DNA from: Cenococcum geophilum | Taxonomy: Eukaryota | Length of the DNA: 64,000 nucleotides | NCBI GenBank assembly: GCA_050273025.1 | Contig: CP158635.1 | Coordinates: 27,900,001-27,964,000, forward strand | Direction: 5' to 3' | Shown: piece by piece, positions 51,086 to 64,000 of the stretch | Position numbering within the stretch: the first letter of the stretch is position 1 | Layout: each line of letters starts with the position of its first letter | Position numbers and translations under genes: made by a program | The notes under the pieces: model-generated | Seen by the model: the letters and a program-made list of their open reading frames with translations, nothing else | Databases searched by the model: none | Told to the model about the DNA's origin: nothing

Positions 51086-51820
51086 TTGTCTAGCTTAGAC
51101 ATATAAGGGTTTTATTAATTAAAGAAATAAAATACTAGTCCTTTTAAGTAATAGCGTTTAGCTTTTAATAGTTAATGCAAAAATAAAGGCCTTTATTAGG
51201 CTTTTTTATAAATAAAATAGGAGAAGTAAAAAGGGCTTAACTTGGCTTGGTAAACCCTTTATCCAGGTTATTAATTAAGTACTACTTTATTGCTTTTAGC
51301 TTATTTATTAATTATTAGTAAAGGGGGCTATAACCTAGCGAGTTATTAGCTTCTAATTAGCTTCTATAATTGTATATCTAATAAGGGGGTAACTTGTCTG
51401 AAGCCGCCTTTAAGAATGCATTTTTATAATTTATATAGATAGTAGAAAGAGGCATTTAACTAGTTCCTTATTAGTTTCCTTAGCTAGCTCTTCCTCCCTA
51501 TTATTATTAATTTAGTTAATCTTATATAGGCTTATTATAAAGACCTTATTATCCCTTTAGTATATATTAAAGTGGAATACTATAGCGCTAATTGCGGTAA
51601 TATCTATAGTGGGGGGATTGTATAATAATAGGGGCGTATATGACTTTAGGAACTTCTAGGGTATTAGCGTTATTATTACTCCTTTTAGCTCCTATTGTAT
51701 CTTTTAGAGGTTATCCCTTATATCCTATTAATACGTTCTTTTCTATACTAGTTAAATCTACGCAATTTAGACGTTGTCTATATTACTATCTGTCCCGCTT
51801 TTATATATAGAGTCCTCTTT
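51086..51820 (-). pseudogene. pol: Gypsy pol fragment (pre-RT linker and RT N-terminus), Maggy-like, probably part of J
   Basis: AASDKLPP...LGYSPLY...YLINNLDKGF..PS*APFTSPILFIKKP on the minus strand, similar to B 5600-6140. Confidence 0.8.
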
Positions 51821-51824
51821 AAAT

Positions 51825-51926
51825 ACCACTCCACTAAGTTGTTATTACGTTATTAACTTTTTATTTACCTATATACCTAGCCTATTAATAAGTCTACTAT
51901 AGTATTTCCTATAAGGCTTCGTTATA
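51825..51926 (+). repeat. 3' fragment of an A-family LTR
   Basis: Matches 2803-2901, including the A-specific gtatttcctataaggc. Confidence 0.75.
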
Positions 51927-51929
51927 TTA

Positions 51930-52634
51930 CCTAAAGGCAGCGCTAAGAGTAACTTATATTTACCTACTAGGTAAGCTTATAGATAATTAAAGACTAGTTT
52001 AAGATTATATAGACAGACAAATCTATAATATACTATAGTGGCTACTAGCGTATCTTTATAACTTAACGGCCTTATAAATAATTTTACCCCTACTACCTTT
52101 AGCTAAGACTCTATAATATACCTTATATAATAATTTAGGCTTACTTTACAGGTGTTAAAAAAGGGCCTCTAGTTTTTTAGAATAAGTAGGAATAGGGTAA
52201 TATTACGGCTTAAGGCTTCTAACATTACATCTACCTAAGCCTAAAAAGCTTCTATAAATACTATAATAGGGAGTATTATATATATATTAACGCCCCCTAG
52301 TTGTTTAATTTTACCCTATTTATTATATAAATAAACGGCGCACCCGTATATAAAGCTTAATCTATTATAGCTAGATTCGCAGCTAGCCAAATCTAACTAC
52401 TTAATTAGCTCCTAAATAGCCCTAATCTTAACCTAATTAAAGCTCTTTAAAAGATAATAAAGGAATAAATTACCTAGTGTTGTAATAAGCCTTATATAAA
52501 GGAGCAGATATAATAGGTAATTTAAAAAAAAGTAGGACAAGATTACAGAAGAAGATCTATACTAACTCGTCGTATCTATAAGGCAACGCGTACGCGACGT
52601 AATTATAGCCGAAGGGGGCATAACTAAGTAGTAG
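51930..52634 (+). pseudogene. Tc1/mariner (IS630-like) transposase, C-terminal DDE fragment
   Basis: De-RIP reading gives WACFTG.EKGPLVFW, NGAPVHKA, WPPNSPDLNPIE.LW and MRQRVRDVI.AEGG.TKW*. Confidence 0.75.
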
Positions 52635-55600
52635 ATTTAGGTAAGAACTTAAAGGAAGGAATTAAACACTTTGTTTATGTTAGTGACTTAGTATTACGGA
52701 CGCTTTAAGTACAATACTACGACTACTCGGAGAGGAGTCGGAGGAAGCTAGTTAGTTAATATAGGCACGGTCTAAGATGGAACCGGTAGAACTATGTAAT
52801 AAGGAATAGTAAGCAAGTTATATAATGTTGTACGCAGTGTACGCAGTGTATAAAGGGAACGTACGTATAATATATATAACACGTATATTACGTACAAGAA
52901 GGATTTTATAGGAGTACGGTTGTATATTTAAGGACCCTTAGTCCCTACCTAGATAGTTCCTTCCTTATAGTGATTCTTAGAATACAATTGGAGTTAATCT
53001 ATTAGGCAACCACTCCACTAGTTATTATTACGTTGTTAACTTTTATACTTGCATTTCCTACATACCTAGCCCAATAACGAGCCCACTATAGTTTTTGCTA
53101 CAAGGTTCCATTATACAATCACTACCTAGTTATAGTATTAATATAAGAAGTTAAACAACATGCTACTAAAAGCAGCCACTATAACGCCATCGACGGCGGC
53201 AACTACTTTAAGATTAGGTAACGACACTAGTATAGTAAACACTAACTTATAACAGCCTGTAACAGTAGGGCAATTATAAGAAATAGTTAACTAACTAATA
53301 GAAAACAATGCGGCACTTAAACAAAGGATTAACGGGATAAAAGCAGTAAAGGTTAAGTTACCATTAATTAAAAGATTTTTAGGAGAGAGATTAAAGCTTA
53401 AAGGATTCCTTATATAAATGCATTTTAAGGTTACATAAGAGGGAGTAAAGCTAGCAACACCTATAGATCAAATAGCGTATACAGGATTGTTCTTATTAGG
53501 AAGAGCACTTAAATAGTTTAAGCCTTACCTTATAGAGATATAAGTAAATAGAATAACGATAACAAACTAGGAAGTACGGTTTATATTCTTAAGCTGGAAT
53601 GGATTCATAGAGCGACTTATATAGATATTTGGAGACCTAGAGGTAATAACTACAGCGGAAAGAAAACTCTAAGATATTACGCAATAAACCTTAGCTATTA
53701 AATATATAACGTAGTTCCAAATATTAGCGATATAAGTTAAGTGGAATAATAGGGCGCTTATGGCACAGTATAAACAGGGACTTAAGGCTAAAGTTTAGGA
53801 CGTAATTATTCTAATAAAAGATATGGACACCCTAAGGAAATTAATAGATTAAGCAATAAAGATTAACAATAGGATCTTCCAAAGGGAATAGGTTAAGAAA
53901 GGTTAGGACAGAGTTCTATAGTTATATAAGACGTAAAGCACGCAATAACTAAAGCTAAGTTAGAAACTATAGTATAGCGCAGAGCTAATGGACCTAAGTA
54001 GTACTAAAGAAGCCTATAAGAGATGGAGTAAGAAACTATAAAAACCTAGAGGTTAAGGATCTAGTAATTATAGGACTAAGGAGTATAGGCTAAACTAGGG
54101 ATCTTAGCAGTAGAAGACGTTTAGGCGGACTCTATAGTAAAGTTAGTGGTTTAGAGATAGAGCTTATATAAATTACGGGAAACAGGGTTATTTTGCGAGG
54201 GATTATAAAGATAGTTAGAGTTACTATGTAATAAAGGGAACTAGACTAACGGCAGAAGATATATATATATAGAGGGATAATAGTATACTACGAGGAATAA
54301 AAGAATGTTTAATCTGAAGTTTCGCGTTTTATTATAATAACGCATACTAAATTCATAAAGACGCTAAGTATGGCGTAAGCTATTGGCTATAAGAGCTAAA
54401 ATCTATAGAGTGTAGAGGAACTAACAAACCATTGCGTAGATTGGACATTAAAGATAACGAGTTTAACGCAGGCAAAACATTTACAGATAATAAGGAAATA
54501 AAGGCAGTTTACTAGAAATGTATAAACCTTAAAAAAGTTATAATAGAAGTAAAGACTAAGACCACTATAGAGTAAGGTTCAGTAACGGGTATTATAACAC
54601 CGTTAGATACGGTATTTATCGCTTTATAAGATAGAAGGAGTAATATTTAAAGAAAATTAAGTAAGCAGATAACTGCTAGTGCTAGCTTACTACTTAATAA
54701 AGGCAAAAGGCCAAAGGCTTAAGATTCTTAAGACGAGATAAAAGAGATCTAAGATTCTAAAGATAGGATAAGAATAGCTTAAGGACCCATAACGGACGAA
54801 AACCGATAGAGCAAAGCAGTAGCTTAGTTTAGTAATATATAAATAAGCTCGGGATAAGAGTTCCTAATAGCATTAAATTCTTAAGACGAGATAGATAAGA
54901 TTTAAGACTCTTAAAACGAGATAAAAACACTATAAACGCCTAATTAGACTAAGGTGAGAGCTAAGCTTAAGTTAGAAGTAAGCTTAGGATTAAAGAATCT
55001 AAGGGACTAAGAATTCGGAGTACGAATAAGGACACCCATAGGTAAGAGGTAAGAAGCTTCTTTATAGATTAGAGAATCTACAATATAAATAGTAGCTAAA
55101 CTAGGAGACAGATATATAGACCTAGAGGACTTACTAGTTAAATACGGTGTTTAGCCTAAAGATTAAAAAATTAATACTAAGATTAAGAAGTATAAAGACT
55201 TTAAGGATCTACTTATAAGACGCAAAAGAAAAGAAACTATAAAGGAATTTAGAGCAAGAATTACCTTATAGCAAGAGTAGAAACTAGATAAGAGATCTAG
55301 TTTACTAGGTCGTATAAGGGACAAAGCACCTATATAAAGAATTACTAATAGGCCAAAAGTGGGCACACTAAGAGCTAAGTGGCTTACTAAACTAGAATAA
55401 GAAGAGGATTTAGGGATTCCTATTAGGTTCAAGGAACGATATACTAAAGGTTATTATAACGTAGTAATAAAGAAATACTTCTTTACGGATCAACTATATA
55501 CACTTAAGCAGCTGTACTAAAAGTGGTATAGGTAAAGGCACAACAACAAGTAGGAAGATTTCTATATATAGTTAGACGAAAAGGTTATCTAAGACCACCT

Positions 55601-56409
55601 AATTATAGAGAAGGCTATAACTTATATTAAAGGAGCCTTAATTATAACGTCAAAAGATCTAGAAGAGTAATTAGAGGACTAGAGAAGTAAAAGACGAATT
55701 TTAGTACCTACAAATAAAGTTACAACGCTTAGATTAACACAAAAAAGGTTTAAACTTAAGGATAAAGACAAGCTAAGAGTTAACCTAAGACACTAAGCGC
55801 ACTATACACTATTATAAATAGCATACGTGGATAATGCGTATAACATATATAGAGCACCTAAGGATAAAAATTAGAAGTATTTAATAAGAATATATTAGAT
55901 AATAGATAAGGCGAAATATTAAAATACTAAGTATATATATAGTTAGCACCTAGTAGAAGTTTAAAAATAAGGGAACTTAATACTTTAACTAGGAAGATTC
56001 CTTACGGAAGAATACCTAGATAGACAATAGTAGTAGAAATATCTAAAGAATACCTGTCTATAGCATATTAAGGATAAAAAGCGAACTAAGTATTAGCCTA
56101 AGTTAGACCAAGTATAAGCAGAATTAAGTACATCAGGAAATTTTTTTTTAGGCACGTTGTTACAAGCGAAAATCGGGTCTACAAAACCTGCGTAAGTCGC
56201 GATTTGCGGCAATTCACAGCAATTTGCTACAAACACGCAGCTACTTATAAGTAGCCTATGCAAATTGCTACAAATACGCAGCTACTTATAAGTAGCCTAT
56301 ACGAATTGCTGTAAATTACCGCAAATTGCTATAAATACGCAGCTACTTATAAGTAGCCTATACAAATTGCTGCAAATTACCGCAAATTGCTAAAATCGCG
56401 ACTTAAGCC

Positions 56410-57322
56410 AGCTCTGCACAAAGCTCCGCACGAAGCTCCGCACGAAGCTCTATATAAAGCTCTACACGAAGCTCTACATAAAGCTTTACACGAAGCTCCA
56501 TATAAAGCTCTGTATAAAGCTCTATACAAAGCTCTACACAAAGCTCTATATAAAGCTTTACACGAAGCTCTATACAAAGCTCTGCACAAAGCTCTATATA
56601 AAGCTCTATACGAAGCTCTATATAAAGCTCTATATAAAGCTCTACACGAAGCTCTATATAAAGCTCTATATAAAGCTCTGTATAAAGTTCTACACGAAGC
56701 TCTACACGAAGCTCTGCGTACAGAGGCTCTGCATAAAGCTCTGTATAAGGCTCTGCACGAAGCTCTATACGAGGCTTTACACAAAGCTCTATATAAAGCT
56801 CTATACGAGGTTCTACACAAAGTTCTGCACAAAGCTCTATACAAAGCTCTGCGTATAGAGGCTCTGCATAAAGCTTTGTATAAAGCTTTGCACGAAGCTC
56901 TATATAAAGCTCTATATAAGGTTCTGCACAAAGTTCTACATAAAGCTCTATATAAAGCTCTGCGTATAGAGGCTCTGCACGAAGCTCTATACAAGGCTCT
57001 GCACGAAGCTCTATATAAAGCTCTATATAAAGCTCTGCATAAAGTTTTATACAAAGCTCTACACAAAGCTCTGCGTATAGAGGCTCTACACGAAGCTCTA
57101 TATAAAGCTCTACACGAAGCTCTATATAAAGCTCTATATAAAGCTCTACTAAAACTCTATATAAAGCTTTATATAAAGCTCTACATAAAGCTCTATATAA
57201 AGCTCTATACGAAACTCTACGTAAAGCTCTATATAAAGCTTTATATAAAGCTCTATATACAGAGGCTCTATATAAGGCTTTACGCGAAGCTCTACGTATA
57301 GAGGCTCTATACGAAGCTCCGC
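56410..57322. repeat. 12-bp minisatellite (aagctctgcacg / aagctctatata), ~0.9 kb
   Basis: Long tandem array with occasional 15-bp gcgtatagaggctct variants. Confidence 0.95.
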
Positions 57323-57444
57323 ATAATATATATTACTTTAGGTCCCCGCTATATTCCTAATAGCCTCTACACATAGGTAGCTACCTTATTTTTTACCCTT
57401 CCTTCCTTATATCCTCCCTACCTAGAGAGGCACTAGAACTATAG

Positions 57445-57895
57445 CTAGTAGACAACTATTGCTAAAACTAGATAACCGTCACTAAAACTAGACAACCGTC
57501 CCTAGAGCTAGATAACCGTTGCTAGAGCTAGATAACTGTCGTAAGAGCCAGACGACTATTGCTAGAGCTAGACGACCGTCGTCATTTAGATAACCGTCAC
57601 TAGAGCTAGACAATCATTATAAGAGCTAGACAACTATCGCCAGAGCTAGACAATTGTCGCCAGAGCTAGACAACTATTATTAGAGCTAGATGACTATCGC
57701 CAAAGCTAGACAACCGTTGTCAGAGCTAGACGACCGTCGCTAGAGCTAGACGACCGTCGTTAGAGCTAGACGACCGTTGTTATCTAGACAACTATCGCTA
57801 AAGCTAAACGACCGTCGCCAGAGCTAGACGACCGTCGTTAGAGCTAGACGATTGTCGCCAAAGCTAGATAACTATTGCTAGAGCTAGATAACCGC
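57445..57895. repeat. 20-bp tandem repeat (tagagctagacgaccgtcgc)
   Basis: About 22 degenerate units. Short versions occur in G at ~27095-27170. Confidence 0.9.
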
Positions 57896-58044
57896 CAACT
57901 ATTTAAACGACCTAGCCAGCAAACACTAAATAATTCAATCGGTCAAATTAAACTAAAGCATTATTATTAGTCTATTACCGAATTAAATTAAATTAAGCCC
58001 TCCTATAGAGGCACCCTAAACGACTACCGTTTAGAGATAATATA

Positions 58045-58510
58045 GATAAATAGGTACAGACGGTAGGTATAGACAGGTAGGCATAGACAGTAGGTATAGA
58101 TAGGTAAGTATAAACAGTAGGTATAAACAGGTAGGTATAGATAGTAGGTATAGATAGGTAGGTATAAGTAGGTGGGTATAGACAGACAGACAGATAGATA
58201 GATAGGTAGGTAGGCAGGCAGGTAGGCAGGCAGGCAGGTAGGCAGGCAGGTAGGTACTAGGCCAATTAACGATTTAAAGGCTCTAAGTAGATAGCTCTAT
58301 ATTTTATATAGTTATAATATAAATATATTTAAAAGTATATTATAGCAATCTATAGGAAACGTGCAAAATATATAAAATGTATAAAATGTACAAAATATAC
58401 GAAACGTATAAAACGTATAAAACGTATAAAACGTATAAAATGTATAAAACGTATAAAATGTATAAAACGTGCAAAACGTATAAAATATATAAAATGTGCG
58501 AAATGTGCGA
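58045..58510. repeat. gtag/gcag microsatellites followed by a 9-bp aaaacgtat array
   Basis: 58045-58255 and 58360-58510. Confidence 0.85.
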
Positions 58511-61442
58511 AATATAAGGGCTACGTATAGGCTTCGCGCGGATTGCTATAAAAAATATAGGCTTTATACAGGTTGCTGCAAACTGCCGCAAAAAATATAG
58601 GCTTCGCGCGGGTTGCTGCAAACCGCCACAAACCGCATAGGACCATATACGACCACCGCAACCGTACAGTTTGCAGTAAATTGCCGCAAATTGCTGCAAA
58701 CCGCAACAACGAGCCAAAAAAAAAATTTCCTGATATAGCCAATAGTTAGGAAAAGTGGAGGCCTATAGAACCAAAGGGAACTAGTAGTAGAGCCTTAAAC
58801 CCTTAAAGGAATTTAAGAACAATACCTAAATTTATAAGTAAAGTAGCAAGATTAGCAGTTTAAGGCACTAATAGATAGTAGAGTAATAAGGAACCATATC
58901 TCGCTAATAGCAGTTAAAAAAATAGGGTTACTATATAAACAGAAGGAATGTCCTTACCTATTAGTAACAATTTTAAAAGATCTAATAGCCTATAGAGGAG
59001 GTATTATTAATCTTAAAATAGGACCTATTTAGTTAACTATTAAAGGAAGACTAGTTAAGATATCTTTTAATATATTACTATTAGGGAATAATAAGGTAGT
59101 ATTAGGAATACCTTAATTACAGAAATATAATCTAAAGATTAATTAGATTATAGGTTAGATCAATATTAAAGATACTTAACGCCACAAAATATAATAATAA
59201 GCTAAGTTAGTATAGTACTAAGTAGAAGCAACCTACAAAGAAATAGAAAAAGAACTAAGTTATATACTAAAGAAATACTATAAGTATAGCAAAAAACTAT
59301 AGTTACTAGAAAGTAAAAAGCTGTTAGAGTATATAGTATAGAACTATAAAATAGAATTAGAACTAGAAATAAGTCTAAGGTTCTTTCTAATCTATAAGCT
59401 TACCAAAGAAGAAGGTAGAGTATTAAAAGAGTTTATTTAGAAGAACTTATAAAAGGGATATATTAAACTATTATAATCATTAGTAGGTTATCCAGTACTG
59501 TTTATACTAAAGAAAAATAGCAAGCTAAGGCTGTGTATTAACTATAAATAGTTAAACAGCATTACCAGGAAGGATAGGTATCTTTTACCCTTAATTAGTG
59601 AAATCTAAGACAGGATTAGCAATATATAAATCTTTATAAAGATAGATCTAAGATAGGCGTACCATTAGATTAGAATTAAGGAAGGCAATAAATAGAAGGC
59701 AGCCTTTAGGTTAAAGGAAGGACTATATAAACTATTAGTTATACAATTTGGGCTTATAAACGCACCAGCAACGTTCTAAAAGCAAATTAACAATATATTA
59801 GGAGAGCACTTAGATGAATTTATTATAGCATATCTTAATAATATTATCATCTACTTAATAACTAAGGAAGAATATAGAGAATACGTTAAATAGGTCTTAA
59901 GGAAACTATAAGAAAAACAAATACTAGTAGCAATTAAGAAATGCGAGTTCTTTACTAGAAAAACCAATTTCGTTAAATTCATTATTAAACTAGGCCAACT
60001 TAGCATAGATCTAAAAAAGATTAAGGCTATAGTAGATTAGCAGGAACTAGAGAACATTATACAGTTAAAATTATTCCTAGGGTTTTGTAATTACTGCAGA
60101 AGGTTTATAGCATAATGGTTAAAGGATATTAAGCCATTTACGCAGTTAACGAGGAAAGAAGAACTATAGGTATAAGGGAAAAAATAACAAAAACTATTTA
60201 AAGAAGTTAAGAGATTGTTTACCTAAGAGCTAATTTTTAAAATCTATTAACTAGGTCTAGAGACGGTTATAGAAACAGATATATTAGACTTTATACTAGG
60301 AGTATACTTTATATAAAAGCATCTAGACGGATAGCATCTAGTGGCATACTATAGTTAAAAGATAATACCACTAAAACTAAACTATAACATCTACAACAAG
60401 GAGTTATTAGGTATAGTTACAGCACTAAAGAAATAAAGAGCAATCTTGCAAGGTATAGAAAAACTATTTATAGTTAAAACGGATTATAAGAACCTAACAG
60501 AATTCCTAATAATAAAGGAACTTAACTAAAGATAGGTTAGATAGGCAAAGATGCTTACAGAATACTATTTTAAGATTTAGTATACTAAGGGTACAGACAA
60601 CACGCGAGCCAATGCATTAAGTTAAAAAGCTAAACTATAAAACGATAAGAAGCCATTAGAGGCTTTACTATAAAAAGATATAGATAGATTAATTAGGTAC
60701 AATTATCTAAAGATTGTAGCAACTTAAGAAGATAAGTTAGAGAAAATCTACAAGACACTAGAAAGCTTTTAGGTACAAAGAATTCTAAAAGCACAGCTAG
60801 AAGATTTATAGATAGATATATACAAAAACTAAGAAGTAAAGTATATCCCAAGAAGCATAGCAGAGCACTTTATAGAAGATTTCTATAAGGGATTAACTTA
60901 AGGACATAATGGGGCCATAGGCTTAGTGTTAAGACTCTAAGAGGAGTATATTATTAACGGAATCTAAAGGATAGCCAGAAAGGTCACTAGAGAGTATTTA
61001 AATTACTAAAGAAATAAACTAATAAGGCATAAGCTATATAGAGGGCTACAACCTATTAAAATACTAGAGAGACTATAGGAGGTTATATTATAGGACTTTA
61101 TTATTAAGTTGCTAAAATTAAGAGATCCTATTACCGGGCAAGATCACAACGCGATCTTAGTAATAGTAGATAAGCTTATAAAGTGGGGATACTTCATAGT
61201 ATATACAGAAGAGATATTAGCAGAAAATATCGCTAGAATCTATATTAAGGAAGTATTCATAAAATATAGAGCACTAAGTAAGATTATATTGGACAGAGAT
61301 CTAAGATTTATAGCAGTATTCTAGGAAGTATTCTTAGCGAAGTAAGGAGTTTAAGCAGCAACTTCTACTATATATTATCCGCAGATAAACAGTTAAACGG
61401 AAAGATTAAATTAGACACTAGAGCAGTATCTAAAACACTATA

Positions 61443-64000
61443 TGTTACGGCACTGGCAGAACTTAGCAGAACTTCGCGGTCACGTGACTAGAGGACCGCA
61501 TAAAAGAACCCTACTTCGACCAGCGCTGCTCTTCTTCTCCTTTCCTTTCTCTAGCTTTAGATCCTCGTTTATAGACTACTAATTGTATAGGCTTACGCGT
61601 CCCTCTTGCCGTGCTCGTGCCTTAATTAACTAAGTCGCTAACATTATCTAAAGCTCTTCTACTCTTTTTCCTAAGAAGGAACTTAAAAAATATCTATGGA
61701 TTATAAATAAGAATAGAACACAGAAGCAGACCTAAAGACTATTATCAGAACTAGAAGAATAGAAAAGAATAACAAGATCTATAAAATACGTATAGACTAG
61801 AACCCCTACAAGAATCTTACCAGAAGTTACCCTAACAACTATATTACTATGCTAAGAACTACAGCGGCTAGTAAAGCAGCCGTAGGACCCTTAAATACCT
61901 CTAATAGTAAAACAGCAACTGACTTAAACTCCTAGGTGGAGCTTATAGCAGCCAATGCCAAAATTAAATGACTTTAAGAGCTGCTTAAAGCTAGAGAACC
62001 CCTTATACCTAGTGAAGAGTTATTAGATACCTAGAGACTTGCTATAGTCCTTAAGGCCCTAGCCTAACGTACAGTATTAGTATTATTATGGTCCGCGAAG
62101 GTTACGGACCCCCCGTTGCTTATAGACGGAACCGACCCTATATTTGACAATTGGAAGCTTTAATTATAGGATAAGCTCGAAGTTAATGCGGATTACTTCC
62201 CTACTACTTGGGCTAAAATGGCCTACGTCTTTGGCCGTACCGGTAGGGACGCATAGACGTACCTACGTCCTCAATATATATAGGACTTGGCAGATCCCTT
62301 CCTCTCTAAAGAAGAGATAATTATGTACCTGTCTTCTATCTATAAGGACCCCTTTAAAGTATAGAACGCTCGACTTAATTATAAAAGCCTAAATATAAAA
62401 ACGACGGAGACCTTCTCGGCCTTTTAGACCCGCTTTCTATACCTAGCCAGCTAGGCTTGAATTCCCCAGGAAGATTTAATGCTAGACCTATTTAATAAGC
62501 TTACCCTAGACTTGCAGCGAGCTATACTACTAGTTTTTACTACTATATAGACACTAAAGGAACTTACGGACTAGTGCTTAGCTATTAACTAAGGCCTCCG
62601 CCGAATTAAGGTACGCGCTAAACGGTATAAAGCTAGAAACCCTTTAAATCAGACCATAGGCAATATAAGAACGGCCCATAATGCCCTAGCACGATCAGCA
62701 ACCCCTATAGCACTACCTGTATAGCCTGCTACTAATTTAACAGCTAGCTATGCGGCCAGCCCTACCACGGGTCTGGCAAATGCTCGGCCTATATATAGCA
62801 ACCCCTATATATAGGCCCTTAGTGATTAAGGAGCTTGCTTCTCTTGCGGTTAAAAAGGCTACTATATAAAGGATTGTTTAACAAATATAAAAGCGGACAA
62901 GGTCCTATTAATCTAGGAGGATAGCGTAGAGTTGGAAAAAGAGGAACCCTAGAGGAAGACTCCTCTTTAGGGTTAAAAGGGATTAATATATCAGATGTTA
63001 ATTTAGGTCGGCTAGTTAGTAAAAGAAGCTGCACTATCCCTTATACTTTATTCCGTAATAGATACCAAGTTTTAACCTCTACTTTAGCTAACTCTGGAGT
63101 AAATGCCTTTACCTTAATAGACACCTAGTATGCCGTAAAGCTAGCTGACTTTCTAAATGCACCTATTAAAGAACTACCCAAACTAATTCCTATCCGTGGG
63201 TATAACGGGCGGATAGGACTACCTATTATAACTATCTTGCGGATTTACCTCCGTGTTAACAGACGAAGGCAGTATAACGCCCCCTTCCTTATTATGGACC
63301 TAGGTAGCTATAATATGATTTTAGGGCGAAAATGGCTAGCCTATTTAGGCTTATAGCTCGACGTATAGAGTAGACGGCTTATCTAGCCCGAAACCCTACC
63401 CCTAACCCCTTCCTTTATAAAAGAAATCAGCATTACAATGGAAAACCTTATACGGCCCTAGATTAATACTATTTACTAGGCCGATGTTGTGCGTAGAGAC
63501 TAGGCCTTTGAGAAAGATATATAGCTTAATTTGCAACGGATCCGTATACTACGTTGCCCCTAGACTACCTATATCACGCCACCCGCATTAAAGATCTAGG
63601 AAGTTAGTAGTGACCTAAAAAAGCCCCCTATAGAGAGCTTAGGCCCTATGTAGCTACGAAGAATAGTAAGGGATATTAGACGTTATACTAAACTGATAGA
63701 TCGGAGGGACAACCTATAAAAGATAGAATAGGAGCTAAGAAAGATTATAAACCCTAGACCGCAAAATATAGTCCGGAAAACGGCTATAAGGAAACTAGCG
63801 GACCTCCCACTAGTTAATATCTGCTGTATTAGTGCCGTAGGATTTTACCGGAACTTGGTTTAGCCTAATACCGTTGCCTTTACGACAAGCTTATACAAAA
63901 TTGATTAAATAATTAAGGAAAAGGGAAGTGAGCTTAGCGGATAAGAAAGTGAGCTTATAAATAAGGAACTAGTAGAACAAAAGCTGCCCTATTAACACCA
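61443..64000 (+). mobile_element. Ty3/Gypsy element F (B-related), 5' part, runs off the window
   Basis: 201-bp LTR 61443-61643. gag 61849-62952 (same length as B gag). Protease region colinear with B. Confidence 0.92.

Larger units (their letters stand above)
56131..58735. mobile_element. Non-autonomous TIR element H with CATCAG ends (2605 bp)
   Basis: ~30-bp TIR catcaggaaattttttttt-ggc-cgttgtt. 2-bp TSD ta (56129-56130, 58736-58737) restores the E sequence. Interior is satellites. Confidence 0.9.
52692..61442 (+). mobile_element. Ty3/Gypsy element E (same subfamily as C), interrupted by H and F, remainder beyond the window
   Basis: 424-bp LTR 52692-53115. gag ATG 53160. pol to the integrase core, colinear with C. 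Confidence 0.92.

Noticed and set aside
51825..51931. LTR fragment as the cognate 3' LTR of element A
   Set aside because: The flank ttacc does not match tattc before the 5' LTR, so it is probably a different insertion.
56129..56140. Calling H a Tc1/mariner MITE because of its TA TSD
   Set aside because: Sister copy C has CA at this site, so TA may be RIP-derived. G has the same terminal hexamer with a CT TSD.
56377..57301. 304-aa and 229-aa ORFs (EALYKALH / RALYRAL repeats)
   Set aside because: They are stop-free translations of the 12-bp satellite, open on both strands, with no sign of a real gene.

Overview
A 64 kb gene-free, AT-rich transposon nest from a filamentous ascomycete. It is heavily hit by repeat-induced point mutation (RIP: CpA->TpA and TpG->TpA, giving many TAA/TAG stops in otherwise recognisable reading frames). 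I found no intact host gene, RNA gene or CRISPR array. Target-site duplications (TSDs) resolve the nesting. An old Ty3/Gypsy element (A, 2492-~48339) is split by four insertions: a Maggy-type chromovirus (B, holding a hAT deletion derivative), a minus-strand GalEa-like Copia (holding Gypsy C), a CATCAG-ended non-autonomous DNA element (G, holding Gypsy D, which holds a full-length hAT) and a full-length Tad1-like LINE. Further right lie deleted remnants (Gypsy J, CATCAG element K, a Tc1-like transposase) and Gypsy E, which holds CATCAG element H and Gypsy F. The most interesting observations are: (1) a conserved antisense, intron-containing ORF with Zn2Cys6-type cysteine spacing and a helical tail between pol and the 3' LTR of Gypsy C and D; (2) CATCAG...CTGATG elements with 2-bp TSDs that appear to mix termini and satellite cargo; (3) an ORF1-only LINE derivative that retrotransposed as a unit; (4) covariation supporting tRNA-independent self-priming. 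All protein calls are manual readings of RIP-degraded frames, and CDS ends are approximate.
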